Assembly (NCBI GenBank): GCA_963791045.1
Contig: CAWBQK010000007.1
Coordinates: forward strand, 32,001 to 96,000
Direction of reading: 5' to 3'
Length of the DNA: 64,000 nt
Origin: Candidatus Latescibacterota bacterium
GTDB taxonomy: Bacteria > Krumholzibacteriota > Krumholzibacteriia > WVZY01
Part shown: positions 42,580 through 50,593 of the stretch, piece by piece
How positions within the stretch are numbered: the first letter of the stretch is position 1
Layout: each line of letters opens with the position of its first letter
Notes under the pieces: model-generated
Told to the model about the DNA's origin: nothing
Databases searched by the model: none
Seen by the model: only the letters and a program-made list of their open reading frames with translations
Made by a program: the position numbers and the translations under genes

Positions 42580-43724
42580 GCCGCACGGGTCTGCTTGCCC
42601 ATGCCCAATTTGTCCGACAGTTGCTCTTCGTACACTTCTACGGTTCGAGCGACCATTGTGTCGATGCGGAAATCTTTCCGGACACGGGCCAGTCCTTCTC
42701 GGCCCATCATCAGCATCCGATCGCGACGGGATAGTATGTCGGAAACCGCTGCGGCAAGCCGTCCTGGTTCGCCCGGCGGAACGAGGAGCCCTGTCACGCC
42801 GTTGATGACGACCTCCGGAGTGCCTCCCACTCCTGTGGCGACGACAGGAAGCCCCGCCGCCATCGCTTCGAGAACGACGTTTGGCATTCCTTCTTCGGGT
42901 GACGAAAGCGAAAACAAGTCCATTGCGGTGAGCAAGTCTTTTACGTCGGCGCGTTCGCCCACAAACGCGATCTTCGAGGCAACACCGAGTTCTTTCGCGT
43001 GCGACTCGAGTGCGGTTCTGTCGCGTCCCGATCCCACGATCACGAAACGAACATCGGGAAGTGCTGAGAGAATCTGCGCGGTCGCTTCGAGAAACACATC
43101 GAGACCCTTTTCCTGATGTAGACGGCCGATGGTGCCAACGACCGGCGCTGATCCGGGGATGCCAAGTTCTTCCCGGATACGATTTCGGACCGTCGGGTCC
43201 ATCTCCCCGGAGTGGCCGGTTTCCACGCCGTTCACGATGGTTACGACGCGGCGCGGGTCGGCTCCGCCGCGCTCGATTTCAACCCGTCGCGCGGCTTCCG
43301 ATACCGCGATGATACGGTCGTCGATGCCGAGTGTAAGCCGGTTGAGCCTTTCGCGAAGCGGGCTCCCGAGGTTGATGTTCCTGCGGGCCGAGATGAGAAT
43401 GGGGACAGGCGCGATCCGTCCAAAAAGCCGGGAAACCATTACGGCGTGATACAACCACGAATGAACGATCACCGGTCGCACATCGTCAAGAAACGAGGCG
43501 AGCCGGCGAAGTCCGAACGGGTTCAAAAAGCCGGTAATGCCGAGATCAAGGACGGGGATGTCCTGCGATTGGATATCGTGGGCAATCGGCGTATCGCCGT
43601 CCCGGAGGCAAACAACCGTTGGTGAAAAACGATCGCGATCGATCCCGCGCAACAGACGCAACAATGCCTTCTGCGAGCCGCCCGTTGTGAGATCGGTAAT
43701 GATATGCGTAATCGGTAGCATCAT
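42561..43724 (-). CDS. GT4 family glycosyltransferase
   Basis: GGSQ, GRLHQEKG and EGMPNVVLEAMAAG. Confidence 0.9.
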   Translation of the reverse strand: MMLPITHIITDLTTGGSQKALLRLLRGIDRDRFSPTVVCLRDGDTPIAHDIQSQDIPVLDLGITGFLNPFGLRRLASFLDDVRPVIVHSWLYHAVMVSRLFGRIAPVPILISARRNINLGSPLRERLNRLTLGIDDRIIAVSEAARRVEIERGGADPRRVVTIVNGVETGHSGEMDPTVRNRIREELGIPGSAPVVGTIGRLHQEKGLDVFLEATAQILSALPDVRFVIVGSGRDRTALESHAKELGVASKIAFVGERADVKDLLTAMDLFSLSSPEEGMPNVVLEAMAAGLPVVATGVGGTPEVVINGVTGLLVPPGEPGRLAAAVSDILSRRDRMLMMGREGLARVRKDFRIDTMVARTVEVYEEQLSDKLGMGKQTRAAKKRPT

Positions 43725-43741
43725 TGTTGCTTCATGGCTTC

Positions 43742-45676
43742 TCAGGCGGGGAGTATCCCCTCGGCCGGTCCGACGAGAGCCGACCTCGGCCGGTCCACGT
43801 GAGTTCTGAACCACAACTCGAGCATGAGAAGCTCCCATATGTGATCGCCATGGTTGATCCGACCGCTCGTGTGTTCCGCGAGCATTGTTTGCACACCGTC
43901 ACGCGACCAGATTCCACGCGACATCGTGGTCGGATCGAGCAGCACTTCTCCGGCGATGTCCTTGAGTTCGCCGCGGAACCACCTCGCCACCGGCGCGGCA
44001 AAACCGTACTTGCCGCGGTTGAGGATGGAGTCGGGGAGCTTGTTTTTTAAGGCCCGTTTGAGAATGAATTTTCTGTCCCGTCCCCGCAGCTTGACATTCG
44101 ATGGCAGCTTCGCGACAAATTCGGCGAGATGATGATCGAGGAAGGGCGATCGGGCCTCGAGCGAGTGCACCATTGAGGCGATGTCCACCTTGACGAGGAG
44201 ATCGTCGGGGAGATAGGTGCGAACGTCCGACGAGAGTATCCGGTCGAGCGCGTCGGTTGCCGCTCCACTCGCATAGGTTTCGTCAAAAAGGTTCAGGGAA
44301 TCGTAGCCGTTCATCCTTTCTGCAAAGTCCGCGGAATAGAGCCTCTGTTTTGTCGGGTTGTCCATCATCGTGAGCCACGTCGCGTATCTTCGCTTGGGCT
44401 CGAGGTTTTGTGCCATTACAAAACGTTTGAAGCGCCGGAGGATGTTTTTCCGTGAGGATGGTTCCGGCAGCCGCCGGGCGATCTCCGTGAAGACTCCCTT
44501 TCTCAGCCAGCCGGGAAGCCGCGCGTAGTGGTTCGAAAGCGCCGCGGCGACATATCTCTCGTAACCGGCAAAGGTCTCGTCGCCGCCGTCTCCGTTGAGA
44601 GCCACAGTCACGTGCTGCCGTGTGATCTTGGAAACATAGTATGTGGGGAGCGCGGACGAATCGGCATAGGGCTCGCCATACGCCCACACTATTTCAGGCA
44701 AAACCGAGAGAACCGACGGTGTGACGATGAATTCGTGGTGCTCGGTGTCGAAAAGTTTTGCGACACGCCTCGCAATGGGAGTTTCGTCGAACGACTGATC
44801 CTCGAAGCCAATCGAAAAAGTCTTTACCGGTTTGCTTGACGATTCCGCCATGTAGGCGACAATCGCACTCGAGTCGACGCCGCCGCTCAAGAACGCTCCC
44901 AACGGCACGTCGCTCATCAAGCGAACCCTCGTTGCGTCACGAAGGTGTTCCGCGACGCCTTCGGCGGCCTCATCCACGGATATGTCGAGTTTCGAAGTGT
45001 AGTCGAGCGTCCAGTAGCGATCGACCGAACTGCGACCGTCCTTCCATATCATCGTGGAAGCGGGAGGAAGTTTGCGGATGTGCTTGTAAATGGTTTTTGG
45101 CGAGGGGACGTACCCGTATGTAAGATAGTCATGGAGGGCGCTGTCATCTATCGCGTCGGAAACCGCCTCGTCCTGCAGGACGGCTTTTATTTCAGATGCA
45201 AACGTAATCCCATTGGAAGTCTCCGCATAGACGAGCGGTTTTTGTCCGAATCGATCGCGGGCGAGAAAAAGAGTGTTGTAACGCCCGTCCCATATGGCGA
45301 AGGCGAACATCCCTCGTAATTTCGTGACGCATCCGTGCCCCATCTCTTCGTAGAGATGCACAATGGTTTCGGTGTCGGAATCGCTGTGAAAAATATGACC
45401 GCGGGATTCGAGGTCTTTTCGGAGTTCCAGGTGGTTGTAGATCTCGCCATTTTGAACGATCCACACGGATCCGTCTTCGTTGCGCATCGGTTGGCGGGCC
45501 GCTTCGGAAAGGTCAATAATCGACAGCCGCCTGTGACCGAGCCCCACTTGCCCGTCGATGTGGACCCCGGAGGCATCGGGACCGCGATGCGCGAGAACAT
45601 CGGTCATTCTTCGAATGACGTTCTCATCAACCGTTCGTTCCCGGTCGCTAAAAATCTTGCCTGCGATTCCGCACAT
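43742..45676 (-). CDS. asnB: Asparagine synthase-type glutamine amidotransferase, probably amidating polysaccharide sugars
   Basis: N-terminal MCGIAG, HRGPD, NGEIYN, LSGGVDSS and GDGGDE; flanked by glycosyltransferases. Confidence 0.93.
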   Translation of the reverse strand: MCGIAGKIFSDRERTVDENVIRRMTDVLAHRGPDASGVHIDGQVGLGHRRLSIIDLSEAARQPMRNEDGSVWIVQNGEIYNHLELRKDLESRGHIFHSDSDTETIVHLYEEMGHGCVTKLRGMFAFAIWDGRYNTLFLARDRFGQKPLVYAETSNGITFASEIKAVLQDEAVSDAIDDSALHDYLTYGYVPSPKTIYKHIRKLPPASTMIWKDGRSSVDRYWTLDYTSKLDISVDEAAEGVAEHLRDATRVRLMSDVPLGAFLSGGVDSSAIVAYMAESSSKPVKTFSIGFEDQSFDETPIARRVAKLFDTEHHEFIVTPSVLSVLPEIVWAYGEPYADSSALPTYYVSKITRQHVTVALNGDGGDETFAGYERYVAAALSNHYARLPGWLRKGVFTEIARRLPEPSSRKNILRRFKRFVMAQNLEPKRRYATWLTMMDNPTKQRLYSADFAERMNGYDSLNLFDETYASGAATDALDRILSSDVRTYLPDDLLVKVDIASMVHSLEARSPFLDHHLAEFVAKLPSNVKLRGRDRKFILKRALKNKLPDSILNRGKYGFAAPVARWFRGELKDIAGEVLLDPTTMSRGIWSRDGVQTMLAEHTSGRINHGDHIWELLMLELWFRTHVDRPRSALVGPAEGILPA

Positions 45677-45688
45677 GGGATATTCCGA

Positions 45689-46834
45689 TCACCTGGCTTT
45701 CAGACTGCCGTACAGGTCATTGTACCGTTTCGCCGTTGTTTCTATCGAGAATCCCGCCACCATTTTCTCGCGCGCCCGGTTCCCGATCTGCTTGCCCGCC
45801 TCCGGGTCGTCGATCAATTCGCAGATCCGGCGTCCCCACTCCTCGCTGTCATCAACATCGACCAATATGCCCGTTTCCCCGTCATCGACGAGGTCGGCAT
45901 TGCCGCCTATGTTGCTCGCGATCGATGGCAGGGCGCATGCCATGGCTTCGATCAGTGCATTCGACAACCCTTCCATTCGCGTGGGAAGAACAAAAATGTC
46001 GGCGGCGCGCAAATAGTCTTCGACCTCCGGCTTGAACCCCGTGACGACGGTCCCCGGCGATTCTTCGAGTCTTCGCAGCAGCGTTGTCCGGGCGGTGGAT
46101 TCGATTTCATCGATGGGGCCGACAAGCACAAGCGACGCGTCGCTGTGTTTTTGGACGACCATCCGCCAGGCTGAAACGAGCGTATCGATACCCTTTCTGA
46201 TCCTGACCACGCCGGTGAACACCACCATCGGACCGTTTTCGGAGAGCCCGAGTTTTCGTTTGAGATGTCGGCGCTCATCCTCCGCTGTCGGCCGGAAACG
46301 ATTTGTGTCAACGCCGTTGGGGATTTCCACGAGGCGATGGGGCGGCAAGCCGCTTCGTCGGTATGACGCGCTGAGCTCACGGCTGATACCGACAACGGCG
46401 TCCGCCGAACTAAGTGATCTGAGCAGGCAGGCGCCGAATCGCCGCCGTCCGATCGACTCGGTATCGTCCGTACCCATCGACGACATTTTCACGACGCAGG
46501 GGATTCCAAATCGTTTCGCGACGAACAAAACGGGGATGATTCCCATGTATGCCCCATGGAGATGGACGACTTCGATCTCCCTTCTTCGCCGGAAGACCTG
46601 CCAGGCAGCGTTGAGAAAAAACAATAACGATGCGAGCCGTCTCGGCCGCGGCGATCCGAGACGGAGAATGTTGACTCCGTCGAATATTTCATGCCGCGGA
46701 TGAGACGGATCAAGCCGGGCTGTTAAAGCGGACACGTCGAACCCGTTTTTCGTGAGCTCCTTTGCGAGACTCAGCGCCTGGGCGCCGGCGCCCCCGTACA
46801 TCGGAGGCATCAGGTAGCAGACCATGTAGATCAA
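45689..46834 (-). CDS. GT4 family glycosyltransferase
   Basis: IPNGVD and EGLSNALIEAMACA. Confidence 0.9.
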   Translation of the reverse strand: MIYMVCYLMPPMYGGAGAQALSLAKELTKNGFDVSALTARLDPSHPRHEIFDGVNILRLGSPRPRRLASLLFFLNAAWQVFRRRREIEVVHLHGAYMGIIPVLFVAKRFGIPCVVKMSSMGTDDTESIGRRRFGACLLRSLSSADAVVGISRELSASYRRSGLPPHRLVEIPNGVDTNRFRPTAEDERRHLKRKLGLSENGPMVVFTGVVRIRKGIDTLVSAWRMVVQKHSDASLVLVGPIDEIESTARTTLLRRLEESPGTVVTGFKPEVEDYLRAADIFVLPTRMEGLSNALIEAMACALPSIASNIGGNADLVDDGETGILVDVDDSEEWGRRICELIDDPEAGKQIGNRAREKMVAGFSIETTAKRYNDLYGSLKAR

Positions 46835-47991
46835 TGTGTCACCGCCTCGAGAACTTCTTCATAACGTCCTGTGATTCGGTCCCACGCGAGGTTCTTCTCG
46901 ACCCACAACCGGGCATTTGCGCCAAGCCTGGCGCGCTCCGCGGGGTCGTCGATGAGTTCCGTTATGGCGTGTGCCATCGCCCGAGGGTCGAAAGGGGGGA
47001 CGAGGACACCGGTGTTGCGGTCTGAAACTACATCTGGGATGGCTGTGTGATTCACCGAAACGATTGGCTTTCCCGCCGCCATCGCTTCGGCGAGGACGAT
47101 ACCGAATGTTTCGTATGCGGAATGAAAAACGAACACATCGGCCATGGCATAGTAACGAGGGAGTTCCTCGTCGGAGATGTAGCCGGTGAAGAGAACCGAG
47201 CCCTCAATTCCGAGTCTTACGGTGAGCGCCTGCAGCCCCTGCATCGACGGGCCCGTACCGCCGACGACGAGTCTTGCCGCCGGGTGCTTCTTTGCCACGA
47301 GGGCAAAACTCTCGATGACGACATCGACTCGTTTTTCATTGGACAGCCGCTGCATCGCAAAGAGAACAGGTGTGTCGGTGGCAAGGCCGAGCTTGCCCCT
47401 TATGTCCGAACCATCCATCCCCGGGCGATAGGCGTCGAGGTCGACGCCCGGCTCTATGATATGTCCCCGGCGGCCCGGTTTGCCATCGTAAATCGCACGC
47501 CGGCAAAAATCGGTGATATATGTGACGTCATCGGCTTGTGACGCCGCCCACCTGCAGTAAAATTTCCAGAACCACGGGGTCCCCGGACCCGGGACGTCCC
47601 TTCCCGGGAATGTGAGCACCATCGGTACGCCGTGCCGCTTTGATCCCGCGACGGCGGCGAGACCGGTGTGAACCATGTAGTGGGCATTCAAAACGTCCGG
47701 TTTGAAATCAGCTATCGCTTTTGAAACCGCCGCAACCGCGGACAGCGAAAATGGTGGAATGATCCCGCCGGTCATGCGGTGTCCGCGAATCTTCATCGGT
47801 GTCCAACGGTCGCTATATCGAATGACGGGGAAGTTGACGAGGTCTTCCTTCTCCTTTGCGTCACCGGGCTTGTTCGCGGTGACAAGAAGGACCTCATGGC
47901 GCTGCGCCAGTCTCCGAAATACTTCGAGGAGCAATATCTCGGCGCCGCCGACCACGGGCAGAAACGTTGGTGTGACGACCAGGATTCGCAT
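46831..47991 (-). CDS. GT4 family glycosyltransferase
   Basis: GGAE and ETFGIVLAEAMAAG. Confidence 0.9.
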   Translation of the reverse strand: MRILVVTPTFLPVVGGAEILLLEVFRRLAQRHEVLLVTANKPGDAKEKEDLVNFPVIRYSDRWTPMKIRGHRMTGGIIPPFSLSAVAAVSKAIADFKPDVLNAHYMVHTGLAAVAGSKRHGVPMVLTFPGRDVPGPGTPWFWKFYCRWAASQADDVTYITDFCRRAIYDGKPGRRGHIIEPGVDLDAYRPGMDGSDIRGKLGLATDTPVLFAMQRLSNEKRVDVVIESFALVAKKHPAARLVVGGTGPSMQGLQALTVRLGIEGSVLFTGYISDEELPRYYAMADVFVFHSAYETFGIVLAEAMAAGKPIVSVNHTAIPDVVSDRNTGVLVPPFDPRAMAHAITELIDDPAERARLGANARLWVEKNLAWDRITGRYEEVLEAVTH

Positions 47992-48179
47992 CGGTCCTTA
48001 TCCATCCATTCGCAATCAAATCCGATTGTATTGTCCGCGGAAAGGATATCGTGTACCCTTTTGGTCCGTTCCAACGCGTGGGATGGATCTGGCACATCCG
48101 CTCCGGTGACGAAGATGCTACCATACGGCGACATCCGGTCACAAAGACTATCCAAAACGAAAGTGATCCCGGGAAAAGC

Positions 48180-49361
48180 ATGGAACCGCGCGCAAAAGAA
48201 AAAACCGGCAGGGGAGGGCGGCGGACCAAACTCCTTTTCCTCGTGACCGAGGACTGGTATTTCTGCTCGCATCGGTTGCCGATCGCGCGTGCCGCCAGAG
48301 ACGCGGGGTTCGATGTTTCCGTAGCCACACGTGTCAAGGATCACGCCGATATTATTCACAGAGAAAAGCTGAGGTTGATTCCTCTTAAATGGAAACGCCG
48401 GTCGATTAACCCGTGGTACGAGAGCCGGGCGCTGGCGGAACTCATCGGTGTTTACCGCAGGGAACGGCCTGACCTCGTTCATCACATTGCGTTGAAGCCG
48501 ACGTTATACGGTTCGATAGCGGCGCGCGTGACGCGAACTTGCGCATACGTAAATACGGTTGCCGGACTCGGTTACGTGTTTACGTCACGAGAACTCAAGG
48601 CGCGGGTGCTGGGTCCGATGATGCGTCTGGCGTTTCGAAATCTGCTGAACCAACCGAACAGCCGTTTGATTCTTCAGAACCCGGACGACCGTGATGTGCT
48701 TGCCCGCTTCTGCAATGTTCGTCCCGAACGGACTTTTCTGATTCGCGGTTCGGGTGTCGATATGTCGGAGTTTGCGCCGACGCCTCAACCCGGCGGGATT
48801 GTAAACGTCACAATGGTATCGAGAATGTTGTGGTCGAAAGGGGTGGGCGAACTCGTCGACGCGGCAAAAAAACTCAAAAGTATGGGGGTGTCGATTAAAG
48901 TGACACTCGTGGGCGCGCCCGATCCCGAAAACCCCGCGTCGATTTCAATCGCGCAGCTAAAAGAATGGGAGGCGGCGGGGCTTGTGGATTGGCTGGGGCA
49001 TCGGGATGACATAACCGACATCTTGTCGAAGACGTCGATAGCCGTCCTGCCGACGACCTATGGTGAGGGCGTGCCCAAAGCGCTCATCGAGGCGGCGGCG
49101 TGTGCGCGTCCGATCATCGCGACCGACGTGCCCGGTTGTCGTGAGATTGTAAACGACGGTGAGAGCGGCATCCTCGTCCCGCCGAAAAACGCGGAAGCGC
49201 TTCTCGAAGCGATCCGTCTGCTGGCGGGCGATCCCGACCTTCGCAGACGGATGGGTGAAAAGGGAAGGGCGCATGCGGTGAACGGATTTTCAGAGGAAAC
49301 CGTGATCGAAAAGACACTCCTTTGTTACGAGTCTCTACTCTCAAGGGGAGAATCTCGATGA
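48180..49361 (+). CDS. GT4 family glycosyltransferase (WbpU/CapM-like)
   Basis: EDWYFCSHR, QNPDD, GSGVD, EGVPKALIEAAA and DVPGCRE. Confidence 0.9.
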   Translation: MEPRAKEKTGRGGRRTKLLFLVTEDWYFCSHRLPIARAARDAGFDVSVATRVKDHADIIHREKLRLIPLKWKRRSINPWYESRALAELIGVYRRERPDLVHHIALKPTLYGSIAARVTRTCAYVNTVAGLGYVFTSRELKARVLGPMMRLAFRNLLNQPNSRLILQNPDDRDVLARFCNVRPERTFLIRGSGVDMSEFAPTPQPGGIVNVTMVSRMLWSKGVGELVDAAKKLKSMGVSIKVTLVGAPDPENPASISIAQLKEWEAAGLVDWLGHRDDITDILSKTSIAVLPTTYGEGVPKALIEAAACARPIIATDVPGCREIVNDGESGILVPPKNAEALLEAIRLLAGDPDLRRRMGEKGRAHAVNGFSEETVIEKTLLCYESLLSRGESR

Positions 49362-50352
49362 ATGCTCCACGGGAATTTCTTGTCACAGGCGCGTCGGGAT
49401 TTGTCGGCCGGGAACTGTGCCGGCAGCTTGCCGCCGCCGGGCGTATCCGCGCGTTATTTCGCCGGGACACCGATGGGCCGTGGGCAGAGACTTTCAAGAT
49501 CGACCTTTCAAAAGACGAACCGCTCGACGCGGCGGTGAACGGTGTCGACACTGTATATCATCTCGCCGCCAGGACCGACGATACGCGAACCGCGCCAAGA
49601 GACACCGACGTGTTTCACAGAATAAATCTGATCGGCACGACGCGGATTTTCAACGCGGCGGCCCGCGCCGGGGTCAAACGATTCATATATTTGAGCAGTA
49701 TCAAAGCGATGGGGATGGGGGGGGCGAAAAGCTAGACGAGAGTTTTCCGGCCGTGCCAATTACGCCTTACGGCCGTTCAAAAAAAGCCGCCGAAGAACAT
49801 GTTTTGGCAGGTGGAATTGCGCACGTGACGGCGCTGCGATCGACGCCGGTGTACGGACCGGGTTCCAAGGGAAATCTGACGCGGATGATTGGCGCCGTAT
49901 CCCGCGGGATGTTTCCACCGGTTCCATCCGTGGACAACGCGAGATCTATGGTGCACGTCGAGGATCTCGCACGGGCGCTGATTCTTGCTTCCGAAAAAGA
50001 AGAATCCAACCAGCGGGTTTATCTGGTTAGCGACGGGTTGGAATACTCGACCCGCCAGATGTACGAATGGATATGCGAAGAGTTGGGGCGTGCCGTCCCG
50101 TCATGGTCGATTCCACTGCCGATTCTTCGGGTGTTCGCCCGTGTCGGAGACGGAATCGGATGGGCTGCGCGGCGGCCGTTTATATTCAACTCGCTCACCA
50201 TGGATAGGCTCATGGGATCGGCGCGGTACGATTCGACACGAATCCAGATGGAGCTCGGTTTTCAACCCGAGTGGGATCTGAAACGGGCGTTGCCCGGTAT
50301 GGTCCGTCACATATTCCCGCCATCCGTCGGCGGGGAGTCGCCGTTACCATAA
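49358..50352 (+). CDS. NAD-dependent epimerase/dehydratase, frameshifted at the G runs 49711-49724
   Basis: TGASGFVG and YLSSIKA in one frame; YGRSK and VYGPG in the next frame. Confidence 0.85.
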
Positions 50353-50593
50353 CATATTGTTAAATATGTCGTTGTTGCGCTCCCCTTGCGCCGCTGCCTC
50401 ATACGGGCACCAGCTCCGGAGTCAGGCTGCGCGTTGATCTGCGGCACTGGGAGCGGATAAATCCCTTGTTCTCGCGGTGCCAAGTGCCTATCCTCTATGT
50501 TTTAAGGGCGCTTCCGGTGTTTTGCCGTAAAGAGAAGCGCGTTAGACGAGCGAGCCGACCCGCATTTGCGGGTCGAAAGGAAGGCGTGTATCC

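Noticed and set aside
50343-50365. dif-like site (cataacatattgttaaat)
   Set aside because: The spacing between the XerC-like and XerD-like arms does not fit the 11-6-11 layout.
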